NCBI RefSeq assembly: GCF_035605935.1
Contig: NZ_DATNGK010000266.1
Location: 24,688-88,687 of the forward strand
Length of the DNA stretch: 64,000 nt
Direction of reading: 5' to 3'
Source of the DNA: Actinocrinis sp.
Lineage (GTDB): Bacteria > Actinomycetota > Actinomycetes > Streptomycetales > Catenulisporaceae
The notes under the pieces are model-generated. The model had not been told where the DNA came from. It was given only the letters and a program-made list of their open reading frames with translations, and ran no database searches. The first letter of the stretch is position 1. Each line of letters begins with the position of its first letter. The translations under genes were made by a program, and so were the position numbers. This document shows positions 36,941-45,530 of this stretch, piece by piece.

Positions 36941-38268
36941 CGCCAGTCCTCGTCGGTGCGCGGCGGGTTCATCGGCGAGGGCAGGGGAAGGAACGCGCGG
37001 TCGTTCGACGCGACGCACATTCCCTGCCCGTGCCGCCATAGCTCCTCTTCGAAGACTGTCAGGGCGCTGCGCACCAGCCGGATACTTCCGTCCGGGTGAT
37101 GGCAGGCGCCGCGCCGCTCGATCTGTCCCGCCCAGCGGGACACATCGGCGCGCTCTCGGGCGTGAACGCCCGGCCCCGCGAGTACTCGCAACGCGTGCGC
37201 GATGCGTGGCAGACCATTGAGGCACGGCCCGCATTGCCCGGCTGACTCGGCGGCGAGGTACGAAACGACCCGCGCGGTCTCCCGCAGTCCGCAGCAGTCA
37301 GCGGGCAACGCCGCCAGCACTCCGGCGCCGAGCGAGGCGCCTTCTGCTCGCAATGCCGCGTTGGTGAGCGGCAGTGCGGTAGCGCGATCCGCGGGCAGCC
37401 AGGTGCCGTGGTAGCCGCCGATCAGCACTGCGCGCGGCGCCGATCCGCCTCCGGCGGCGGCCGTGGCGGCATCGAGCCCGAGCAACTCACCCAGCGGGGC
37501 GCCGGGCGCCGTCTCGATCACCCTCGGGGTCGCGTTCGGCCGGTGCACCGTCGCCAACAGCGTGCCGGGTTCGTCCGAAGTCCCGGCCGCACGAAACCAG
37601 CCGGCTCCGTAGTCTGCGATCAGCGCGAGATGGGCAAGCGTCTCAACGTTCTGCACCAGAGTCGCAGCGCCGCCGATGCCGCGTTCGCTGACGCGCAGCG
37701 GCGCGTATCGAGGCAGCGCAAGGCCGCCCTCGATACGGTGCACAACCGCGGTTTCCTGACCGGCGATGAAACGCGGCGCAGCTTCGACCACCGTGACCGG
37801 CACGCGGTCGACACCAGCGCGCACTCGCTCCGCGACGGCTTCCCGTACCCGTCTCAGCACCCGTTGATCGGGGTGTATGTATGCGTATGCCTGCCGTGCG
37901 CCGACGGCTTCGGCGGCCAGCTGCAGCCCGTCGAGCACGAGATGCGGGTCCGAGTAAAGCAGGGTTCTGTCTTTGCACGAGGCGGGCTCGCCTTCCGCGC
38001 CGTTCGCCACGACCACTGCGCCGCCAGCTGCCCGCAATACCGCCTCAAGCTTGCGATAGGTAGGGAATCCGGCTCCGCCCCGACCGGTCAAGCCCGCCGC
38101 ACGGACCTCGTCTATCAACACCTGGGGCGCGCCCCGATACGAGGCGGGACCGTACAGCGCCCGGTGCTGTTCGAGGCTGAGCGACCGGTCGGGGTAAGGC
38201 AGAAGCCGGCGGAAATCGGAGCCTTGGTACACCGACGTATCCGAGGGCTGAGTCGCCATGACGTTCAC
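36937..38268 (-). CDS. NuoF-like NAD(P)H-binding flavoprotein with SLBB and 4Fe-4S region
   Basis: It has 'GLTGRGGAGFPTYRKLEAV' (the NuoF 51-kDa Gly-rich motif) and the cluster region 'SAGQCGPCLNGLPRIA...RGACHHPDG'. GTG at 38268 overlaps the upstream stop. Confidence 0.8.
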   Translation of the reverse strand: MNVMATQPSDTSVYQGSDFRRLLPYPDRSLSLEQHRALYGPASYRGAPQVLIDEVRAAGLTGRGGAGFPTYRKLEAVLRAAGGAVVVANGAEGEPASCKDRTLLYSDPHLVLDGLQLAAEAVGARQAYAYIHPDQRVLRRVREAVAERVRAGVDRVPVTVVEAAPRFIAGQETAVVHRIEGGLALPRYAPLRVSERGIGGAATLVQNVETLAHLALIADYGAGWFRAAGTSDEPGTLLATVHRPNATPRVIETAPGAPLGELLGLDAATAAAGGGSAPRAVLIGGYHGTWLPADRATALPLTNAALRAEGASLGAGVLAALPADCCGLRETARVVSYLAAESAGQCGPCLNGLPRIAHALRVLAGPGVHARERADVSRWAGQIERRGACHHPDGSIRLVRSALTVFEEELWRHGQGMCVASNDRAFLPLPSPMNPPRTDEDWR

Positions 38269-38885
38269 TGCTGCCTACCCCCGCTGAGTTGTTCGGTCAG
38301 GACGGAAACGCGCGCGGCGCGCGGCACATCGTGCGGCCTTCGACCCTCGCTGACCCGCCAGGCCAGCGCCGCGAGGACGGCGAGGACGCATCCGATGCCG
38401 AGGCCGAGCAGCCAGCCGCTCTGCATGTCGGTGCTGCTGCCGAGGCTGTGTGCGACGGATACCGGCCAGGAGAGGTAAGCCAGCCAGTGCACCCACCGCC
38501 AGGTGCGATGCCCAATCCGGGCGCGAAGCAGGCTCGTGATGATCAGAGCGAGGATGAGGTCGAAGGCGACCGTACCGAGCCCGAGCCACAGTGGCTCGTA
38601 AGAGGCGGCGAACGGGATTATCGCGTCTGTGAGGCGGATGTTCACGTAGGAGTCGGCGACCGCGGTGACGATATGGATCGCCAGGAAGGCGACCGAAAGT
38701 AACGAGATGCTGCGGTGCAGGCCGACCACGGCGAACCTCGGCAGGCCGGGCAGCCTGCCATGTTTCTGGACCGCGACGCCGAGCACGACGACACCGGTGA
38801 GCATGATCAACGACACGACGCCGGTGGCTCGGCTGGTGTACCAGAGCGCGGTACTCGACGTGATGCCGCTCGCCGCGGCGCTCAT
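38265..38885 (-). CDS. Ferric-reductase-like transmembrane (heme b, MsrQ/YedZ-like) protein
   Basis: The 206-aa protein has 5-6 TM helices with conserved His residues ('GLHRSISLLSVAFLAIHIV', 'VHWLAYLSWPVSVAHSL'). Its start overlaps the ApbE stop (ATGA). Confidence 0.75.
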   Translation of the reverse strand: MSAAASGITSSTALWYTSRATGVVSLIMLTGVVVLGVAVQKHGRLPGLPRFAVVGLHRSISLLSVAFLAIHIVTAVADSYVNIRLTDAIIPFAASYEPLWLGLGTVAFDLILALIITSLLRARIGHRTWRWVHWLAYLSWPVSVAHSLGSSTDMQSGWLLGLGIGCVLAVLAALAWRVSEGRRPHDVPRAARVSVLTEQLSGGRQQ

Positions 38886-39928
38886 CTTCCGATTCCAGTC
38901 CCAGGCGAGAGCGCCGCGCGCATTCCGCCGCCCGCGAGCGAGCCGACTGACTCAGCCTGCTGATCCGGCGGCCAACCGCCAGTGGTCCGCACCCGCCCGT
39001 CCAAGTCCACCAACCGGGCCGCAATCCCCCGCTGCTCGAAGCGCGCGAGCGCCGCACGCCCCCTGATGATCGCGCCGGTCGCCGCGACGTTCGCGGTGAG
39101 ACAGTCCGGCGCGGTGACCGAGACGGTGCGCCACACGGTCGGCGCCGGCAGTCCGTCGCGCGGGTTGAGGATGTGGTGCAGCACGGCGCCGCCGCGTTCC
39201 CAGCGCCGAGCGGTCGTGCTGGAGGTGGCCAGCGCGCCGCCGCGCAACGCGATCGTCTGCGCCGGGCCGGTCGGCGCGTCATCCGGATGACCGGTCACGT
39301 CCTGGACCCGCACCCGCCATCCGCCGCGCGGCGCCGGTCCCGCGGTGGCGATGTCGCCGCCCAGTGAGACGAGCACGCCGCAGCGCAGCCGTTGCGCGAT
39401 CCGCGTCGCCGCCCGGTCCGCGGCCCACGCCTTCGCGGTCGCACCGAGGTCGAGGCGGGTGCCCGGCGGCATACGCAGGCTGCGCGAGGCTCGCTCGAAG
39501 GTGATCCGCCGCCATCCCGGCACCGGCCGCGCGCTGAGCGTGATCGCGGGGCCGTTCGGCGCGACCAGCGCGAAATCTCGGTCGTATCCGAGGGCTGACA
39601 TTGCCTCGCCGACGGTCGGGTCGATGTCGCCGTCGCTGGCGCGCGCCGCGTCCAGCGCCACGCCGATCGCCTCGGTCAGCAAAGGGGAAAGAGTCACCCA
39701 GCGGCCGTCAGCGGCGTCGAGCGCGGCCAGTTCGGAATCCGCGCGAAAACGGCTGCACGCGCGGTCGAGACCATCGAGGTCTGATTCGAGGAGCGAACGC
39801 GCCGCGGCGAGCCGGCCGGGGTTGGTGACCAGCAGGCTGATTCGGGTGCCGATGGCGGTCCAGTCGCTCGCCCCGACGCGCTCCTCGATCGGCGGGGCGG
39901 GCCGGGTCGCGGTGGTGGCGCTCATCAC
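38882..39928 (-). CDS. apbE: ApbE-family FAD:protein FMN transferase
   Basis: Motifs are 'SRFR.DSEL..LN', 'GDIDPTVG', 'LDLGATAKAWAAD' and 'LVSLGGDIA'. The start is the GTG at 39928 or the ATG at 39925, and both overlap the upstream stop. Confidence 0.85.
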   Translation of the reverse strand: MMSATTATRPAPPIEERVGASDWTAIGTRISLLVTNPGRLAAARSLLESDLDGLDRACSRFRADSELAALDAADGRWVTLSPLLTEAIGVALDAARASDGDIDPTVGEAMSALGYDRDFALVAPNGPAITLSARPVPGWRRITFERASRSLRMPPGTRLDLGATAKAWAADRAATRIAQRLRCGVLVSLGGDIATAGPAPRGGWRVRVQDVTGHPDDAPTGPAQTIALRGGALATSSTTARRWERGGAVLHHILNPRDGLPAPTVWRTVSVTAPDCLTANVAATGAIIRGRAALARFEQRGIAARLVDLDGRVRTTGGWPPDQQAESVGSLAGGGMRAALSPGTGIGR

Positions 39929-40218
39929 GAACCTCCCGAGGTGACTTGGGCGTTCTGGTTCGTGGACTGCGGGGCCTGGCTGGTGCTGCCGCTGTTGGTC
40001 GTGGTGTCGTTACTGGTGCCGCTGTCGCTCGTCGTGCTCTGCGACGTGCTGCCCGATGACGATGATGACGAGGTGGAACTGGACGAACTGTGCGTCGATC
40101 CGGGCAACGCGACGGCGAGGGCGACGGCTCCGGCGACTCCGGAGACGCCCACGACGGAGGTAATGGCGTTCACCCGAGCGCGATCGCGCCGCCTGGTGCG
40201 CTTCGGCTGGTCGAACAT
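39925..40218 (-). CDS. Small membrane-anchored Ser/Thr-rich protein ending in ...QVTSGGS (candidate minimal flavinylation substrate)
   Basis: The 97-aa protein has a basic N-terminus, a TM helix (AITSVVGVSGVAGAVALAVAL), ~55 aa of S/T/N/Q low complexity and a C-terminal TSGGS. It is translationally coupled to apbE. Confidence 0.5.
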   Translation of the reverse strand: MFDQPKRTRRRDRARVNAITSVVGVSGVAGAVALAVALPGSTHSSSSSTSSSSSSGSTSQSTTSDSGTSNDTTTNSGSTSQAPQSTNQNAQVTSGGS

Positions 40219-40359
40219 CGCTGCGTACTCCGTCCGCTAGGTCCGCTGATCACTGCTGTATCGCGGTCCACTATCCGCGGCGCTGATGAGCGGCACGCTG
40301 GGCTGCGGCGAAGGGGAAGATGAGAAAACTCAAGGAAGTTGCTGAGAGCGGACGCCGAG

Positions 40360-40806
40360 CTACTCCGGAGGCAGTCGGCGCAAACGCTTGATCTGCGAGC
40401 GCCGCGTCTTGTCCTCCAGCCGCCGCGCCACCGCCCCCTTCGACGGCTTGGTCGCCCGCCGCGCCCGCGGCGCAGCGGCGATCGCCTCGGCGAGCAGCGC
40501 GGCCAACCGGTCGCGGGCGGCTTGGCGATTGCGCAGCTGAGAGCGGAATTCCGCGGCGGAGATGGCGAGTTGACCGTTCGTCAGGCGGCGCTCCAGCCTG
40601 GCGAGCGCTCGGGCCTTGAGTTCGGGCGGCAGCGCGGACGAACCGGCCAGGTCGAAGATCAGCTCGGCCCTGCTGTCGGTCGTGTTCACGCCTTGGCCGC
40701 CGGGCCCGGACGATCGGGAGAAGCGCCAGTTCAGCTCGTGCGCCGGAATCACCACGGCGGCGGTGACGCGCAGCGGTCCGGAGGCAAGGTCCTCGTCCGA
40801 AGGCAT
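40360..40806 (-). CDS. arfB: Alternative ribosome-rescue factor ArfB (peptidyl-tRNA hydrolase, YaeJ family)
   Basis: The 148-aa protein has the GGQ motif 'SSGPGGQGVNTTDS' and a basic C-terminal tail (KTRRSQIKRLRR). Confidence 0.9.
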   Translation of the reverse strand: MPSDEDLASGPLRVTAAVVIPAHELNWRFSRSSGPGGQGVNTTDSRAELIFDLAGSSALPPELKARALARLERRLTNGQLAISAAEFRSQLRNRQAARDRLAALLAEAIAAAPRARRATKPSKGAVARRLEDKTRRSQIKRLRRLPPE

Positions 40807-41003
40807 GACCCGCTCCCCCCACGTTTCGCGATCACCAGACGACGGCGCAGTCTACGGGCATCGATGGCCGGCGGCCAGGGACTTGTTCGCAAAGCGCGGC
40901 GCCATCTCGTTCCCGACATCTCGTCCGCGACAAGCAACGGTCGCGCCGGCCGGATGGTTGGACCCGGGCGGCGCGACCGTGAGCGCTTGTGCGAGGCGCC
41001 TGA

Positions 41004-41588
41004 CTACAGCGACGGCAGGCCCGGAACCGGGAGCGAGCCGACTCCCGGAACACCGGGCAGGCCTGGCAGACCCGCCGCGCCCGGAAGCGAGGGCGCGCTG
41101 GGAGCGCCAGGGAGCGAAGGCAGTGAGGGCAGGCTCGGCACGCCGGGCAGGCTGGGCGCGGCCGGGAGGTTCGGCGCGGAGGGAAGCTGCGGCGCCGCCG
41201 GGAGTTGCGGCGCCGCGGGAAGCGACGGGGCGCCTGGCACCGATGGCGCGCCGGGTGCGGACGGTGCGCCGGGTGCGGACGGTGCGCCGGGTGCGGACGG
41301 CGTGCCGGCCGTGGCGCAATCCAGGCTCTTAATCGCGTCGTTGAGCTTGTTGGCCTGCGCGACCTGCGCCGTCGCGCCGGCCAGATCAGGCGGGGTGGCC
41401 AGCAGGCTCTTCGCCGCCTGGGTCAGCGTCGCGGAGTAGTCCGCGAGCAGGCCCGCGCAGGTGGACGGGGAGACCTGCTTCGGCCCCTGCGCGCCGTTCG
41501 TCGCCGCCTCGGCTGCGGTCGCCCCGCAGAACGCCGTGGTTCCCGCGATGGCGAGGGTCGCGATCCAGCGAGCGTGTCGCTTCTGCAC
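41004..41588 (-). CDS. Secreted protein with a helical N-domain and a Pro/Ala/Gly/Ser/Leu-rich repeat C-terminus
   Basis: GTG at 41588 follows AGAGGA and gives the signal peptide (V)QKRHARWIATLAIAGTTAFCGATAAEA. The C-terminal half reads 'SAPGAPSAPGAPSAPGAPSVPGAPSLPAAPQLPAAPQLPSAPNLP...'. Confidence 0.65.
   Translation of the reverse strand: MQKRHARWIATLAIAGTTAFCGATAAEAATNGAQGPKQVSPSTCAGLLADYSATLTQAAKSLLATPPDLAGATAQVAQANKLNDAIKSLDCATAGTPSAPGAPSAPGAPSAPGAPSVPGAPSLPAAPQLPAAPQLPSAPNLPAAPSLPGVPSLPSLPSLPGAPSAPSLPGAAGLPGLPGVPGVGSLPVPGLPSL
41245..41298. repeat. 18-bp tandem repeat x3 (GG(C/T)GCGCCGGGTGCGGAC) encoding SAPGAP hexapeptides, within a broader degenerate Pro-rich repeat tract
   Basis: Read directly. 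It is in frame within the CDS 41004..41588. Confidence 0.8.
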
Positions 41589-41775
41589 TGTGGTCCTCTT
41601 TCGGGCTGGTACCCCCCTCGGGTTCCGCAAGGCAGGTACCCGCTCCGGCCCGCGCCGCCGACTTCCGCCGTTGACATTCATCCGCTTGCCAGTTAAGTCG
41701 TACAACTCACCCGGACAGCAGCGGTCCCCGGCGTGGAGTTGGGAAGCTGCGCCACGCCGGGGACCGGATGATCCG

Positions 41776-43326
41776 TCAGATCAGCTCGTTCTCGAGCGCC
41801 GCGAGTTCCTCGGGCGTGCCATAGCTGATCGGGCCGTTGAACGTGCGCCGGGCGGTGACGAACCACCAGACCGCGGAGATCAGCAGCACCACACCGAGCG
41901 CGAGCGGCGCGTAGTTGAAGTTGTGCGCAGTGATCGGGTTGGCCTGCGGCAGCAGGAAGACCAGGCTGCTGATCACCACCCAGATCACCGCGATCAGGGC
42001 CACCGGCTTGCCCCACTTGCCCAGGTTCCACGGACCGGCCTCGAACTCCTCGCCGCGGCGCAGCCGCAGGAAGATCGGGATCGCGTACGAGCCGAACAGA
42101 CCGATCACGTTCACCGACACGACCGCGGTGAAGGCCACCGTGGACCACAGCGACGGCAGCACCAGGATGAACGCGCCGACCGCGGCGAACCACACGCTCT
42201 TGACCGGCGTGCCCGTGCGCGGGTTGACCGAGTGCCACAGCCGCGAGCCGGGGATCGCGCCGTCCCGGGAAAACGCGAAGATCTGCCGCGAGTTGCTGGT
42301 CAGGTTCGCCATGCCGCAGAACAGCAGCGCGCCGATCACGATCAGCAGCAACAGCTTGGCCAGGCCGCCGCCCACCGCGTCGAGCACGATCTGCGCCGAG
42401 GCGAAGCCGGTGCCGCTGCCTGCCTCGTTACCGTAGTTCTGCACGGAGAACAGCAGCGCCAGCAGCAGCACGAAGCCGCCGATGCCCGAATACGCGATCG
42501 AACGTACGATGCCGCGAGGCGCGGAGAGCGCCGCACTGCTGGTCTCCTCGGTCAGGTGCGCGCTGGCGTCGAAGCCGGTGAACACCCAGGAGATGGACAG
42601 CAGGCCGATCATCGTCGCATACAGCCCGCTGGAGAATCCGGTCTGGTTCTCGAACTGGGTGAACACGAACGAGGCGGACTGGTGGTGCGACGGCTTGAAC
42701 ACCAGTACGGCTGTGATGATCAACGCGCCTACCAGCAGCCACCACACCGAGATGCGGTTGAGCAGCCCGACCAGCTTGACCGTGTAGGTGTTCGCCAGCG
42801 CGTGCACCAGCAGGATCACCGCGAAGATGCCCAGCGTGGTGTACTTCGTCGGGCTGTAGCTGGGCGATTCGACGCCGATCAGCACGTTGATGAAGCTGGC
42901 GGCGGCGAAGTCGGTGGCCGCGGTTCCGGCGATCTGCCCGGCGAAGTTGAGCCAGCCGGTGAACCAGGACCAGGCCGCGTTGTGCCGCTTGGCCAGCTTC
43001 GCGGCCCAGTAGTAGAGCGCGCCCGAGGTCGGATAGGCGGAGCAGACCTCTGCCATCGCCATGCCGACGAACAGGATCAGGGTGGAGACCACGATCCAGC
43101 CCCAGACCAGGGTGCGCGGGCCACCGGCACCGAAGCCGACGCCGAAGCCGGTGAACACTCCGGCGATGATGTTGATGATGGTGAAGGAGACCGCGAAGTT
43201 GTCGAACCAGGTCAGCCGGCGCGACAGCTTGCGCGGATAACCCAGCTCGTGCAGCCGCTGGTCATCGTCGAGCAGCGCGGCCCCGGCGGACCGTTGATCC
43301 TGTGACGCCCGTGTCGTGAAAGACAT
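41776..43326 (-). CDS. APC-superfamily amino acid/polyamine permease
   Basis: It has about 12 TM helices, with 'AEVCSAYPTSGALYYW' and 'FTGFDASAH.TEE' typical of APC transporters. The start is the ATG at 43326. Confidence 0.85.
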   Translation of the reverse strand: MSFTTRASQDQRSAGAALLDDDQRLHELGYPRKLSRRLTWFDNFAVSFTIINIIAGVFTGFGVGFGAGGPRTLVWGWIVVSTLILFVGMAMAEVCSAYPTSGALYYWAAKLAKRHNAAWSWFTGWLNFAGQIAGTAATDFAAASFINVLIGVESPSYSPTKYTTLGIFAVILLVHALANTYTVKLVGLLNRISVWWLLVGALIITAVLVFKPSHHQSASFVFTQFENQTGFSSGLYATMIGLLSISWVFTGFDASAHLTEETSSAALSAPRGIVRSIAYSGIGGFVLLLALLFSVQNYGNEAGSGTGFASAQIVLDAVGGGLAKLLLLIVIGALLFCGMANLTSNSRQIFAFSRDGAIPGSRLWHSVNPRTGTPVKSVWFAAVGAFILVLPSLWSTVAFTAVVSVNVIGLFGSYAIPIFLRLRRGEEFEAGPWNLGKWGKPVALIAVIWVVISSLVFLLPQANPITAHNFNYAPLALGVVLLISAVWWFVTARRTFNGPISYGTPEELAALENELI

Positions 43327-43385
43327 CTCAGCGCTCACTTTCTCGGTATTTGCTCTGTGGGTGGGTGGGTGCGAAGCGGTGGAGC

Positions 43386-44336
43386 TTAAGGGGTGCGGAC
43401 CCGGCAACGCTGGCGGGCGCGCGTGAGCTGTTCGACGGGATCACCGAACAGCGACCACGGATGGGTGGAGGCGTAGGGGCCCATGGCGCGGAACACCTTG
43501 GCCGCCTCCCAGAGCCGGTCGCCCATGTAGAGGGCGTGTGCGAGCACCGAGAAGTCCGCGACCGGCACCAGCGGCTCGCGCTCCACGGCGCGGAACCAGC
43601 CGTCGAACACGTGCATCGAGGTGAACAGCGCGTGCTGGTCGGTCCACTGGCGGTCGGCGAACTGGCCGCGGGAAGGATCGTCGCGCAGGTCGCGGTAGTG
43701 CTCCACGTATGCGGTCAGCGGCAGGACCTGCAACGCGCAGTCGGCCGGGCTGTGCAGCGAGACCCAGCGCGCGACCTCCCACATCGCGTCCGGGCTGCCG
43801 CCGTAGCGGGGATAGAAGCAGGCCAGCAGCCGGTGGTGCGCCTCGCGGCCGAGCGGGTCGCGCTCGCGCGCCTCGCCGAGCAGATCCCACGGGCCCGGCG
43901 AGGTGACGCCTTCGGGTCCGGGCACCTTGGCGTGGCCGAGCCGGGCGAGGGCAAGCAGCCCGACCCACGGCGTCGGGTCAGGCGGATCAGCGTCCGCGCA
44001 CACCAGGCAGGCGCGCTGGGCCAGGGCGGCCAGATCCCCGGCGCGTTGGTCGCCGGAGTCGGCCGCGCGCAGCGCCCGCGCCACCGCGGTGCGCGCGTAG
44101 ATCAGCAGGGCATCAGGGTTCGATGGTTCATCGGACAGCCAACGCTCCGCGACGTCCAGCCCGGCGGCCACCGAGGCGAGCACCAGCGAGCGCTGCGCGC
44201 GCAGTTCGAAGTCGCCGCGGGTGGCGGCGATCAGCGCGCGCGCCTCGTGGAACCGGCCCGCCTTCAGGTCCAGGGCCACCTGGGCCAGATCGCGATCCGC
44301 ACCGGCCGGGTTCCATACGAAGGCTGGTTTGCTCAC
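43386..44336 (-). CDS. Hypothetical soluble helical protein (316 aa)
   Basis: It starts with GTG at 44336 and has coding-like composition. No motif was recognised. Confidence 0.55.
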   Translation of the reverse strand: MSKPAFVWNPAGADRDLAQVALDLKAGRFHEARALIAATRGDFELRAQRSLVLASVAAGLDVAERWLSDEPSNPDALLIYARTAVARALRAADSGDQRAGDLAALAQRACLVCADADPPDPTPWVGLLALARLGHAKVPGPEGVTSPGPWDLLGEARERDPLGREAHHRLLACFYPRYGGSPDAMWEVARWVSLHSPADCALQVLPLTAYVEHYRDLRDDPSRGQFADRQWTDQHALFTSMHVFDGWFRAVEREPLVPVADFSVLAHALYMGDRLWEAAKVFRAMGPYASTHPWSLFGDPVEQLTRARQRCRVRTP

Positions 44337-44708
44337 CGCGCCTCCCGGTCGCGGAGCCGAGCGCGCGGGCCTGCTATCGCACAGGCACTCGTGATCGGCA
44401 CAGCGGCTCCCGGCTTGCTCGGCGGTGCGTTCCAGTGACAGATCCGGTCAAACGCAGGACACGATATCAACAACGGCAGCAGGTGAAAGCAGGCACCGAA
44501 TTCGGCACGTTACGTGCGTGCAATCTGTAGCTCACAGTGCAGGTCGAGCGGTGTTTGGCGCGGCGCGAGGGTGGCGTCGCCGGATGCGATCAAGGTGGCG
44601 GCACCGACTCGGAGCGATCATGATCAGGGCACGTCGATTGTGATTGATGACAGCCGTGATGATCGAGTACGAAGATCACTACCGCAGGATGCTGTCTACC
44701 GCCGGAGA

Positions 44709-45419
44709 TCAGAGGTCTTGCTGACGCCTGACGTCGACATGCGCGCTACCGCGCCGGTAGCGCGGCCAGCACTGCATCGCCGAATGCAGATCGTCGTCGC
44801 CCAGCTCCGGCTCGGTCAGCTCGGTCACGCCGTCGCGGCTCGCACTTAGCCCGTCCAGCACCATCGGCACGTATCGCCGCCAACCGCCGTCGCGCACGCC
44901 GTGGGTGAACTCCACCGTGGCCGAGATCATCAGCTGCACGGCCATGATGTCCGTCGCGCGGAAGTCCGCACGCAATCGGCCCTGCTCCTGCGCGCGCTCG
45001 ACCAGTCGCTCCATCATCGGCTTGATCCGGTCCCGCATCTGGGCGATCCGGTCGCGGCCGTAGGTCTCCGAGAGCATCACGTCGCGCAGCCCGAAGTCGG
45101 CGGCCTGGACCTCGGCCATCCTGGTCAGCAGCCCCACCAGGCCCTGCCACGCGTCGGGGTTCGCCAGCGCCTGCTCGGTCAGCTCGAGGATCTGCGCGAA
45201 ACCCTCCTCGAACAGCGCGTCGATCAGCGCCTCCTTGTTCGGGAAGCGGCGGTAGACCGTGCCGACGCCGAGGCCGGCGTGTTTGGCGATCTCGTCGAGG
45301 GTGGCTTCCAGCCCGCGCTCGGCGAAGACCTCCTTGGCCGCGACCAGGATCCGCTGCCGATTGAGCTCGGCATCGCGGCGCAGCGGTCGGGGGGCGGCGG
45401 GCGGCGTGGTCGGGTCCAT
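44709..45419 (-). CDS. TetR-family transcriptional regulator
   Basis: The N-terminal HTH reads 'RQRILVAAKEVFAERGLEATLDEIAKHAGLGVGTVYRRFPNKEAL'. Confidence 0.9.
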   Translation of the reverse strand: MDPTTPPAAPRPLRRDAELNRQRILVAAKEVFAERGLEATLDEIAKHAGLGVGTVYRRFPNKEALIDALFEEGFAQILELTEQALANPDAWQGLVGLLTRMAEVQAADFGLRDVMLSETYGRDRIAQMRDRIKPMMERLVERAQEQGRLRADFRATDIMAVQLMISATVEFTHGVRDGGWRRYVPMVLDGLSASRDGVTELTEPELGDDDLHSAMQCWPRYRRGSAHVDVRRQQDL

Positions 45420-45492
45420 GGCGCGGCAGTCTACCTCCGGCGAAAAACAAGTGGAGGTCTTTCCTCCGGTTCTATGATACGCTCACCGATAG

Positions 45493-45515
45493 ATGTGGAG
45501 AACCATCCTCCAGAT
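45493..45515. promoter_or_regulatory. Imperfect inverted repeat ATGTGGAG-N7-CTCCAGAT in the TetR/MFS divergent intergenic region (candidate TetR operator)
   Basis: Read directly; the arms match at 7 of 8 positions. Confidence 0.3.
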
Positions 45516-45530
45516 ACGTGGGGACAGCTC

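Noticed and set aside
44337-44708. A 370-bp gene-free, visibly less GC-rich gap between the TetR gene end and the hypothetical gene start. I checked it for a tRNA, sRNA or small ORF.
   Set aside because: I could not build a cloverleaf and found no convincing stem-loop beyond a short CCGAATTCGG palindrome. The two ORFs in the track (44425..44643 and 44514..44849) are Arg-rich with no RBS. It is probably just a terminator plus promoter region, although an sRNA cannot be excluded without transcript data.
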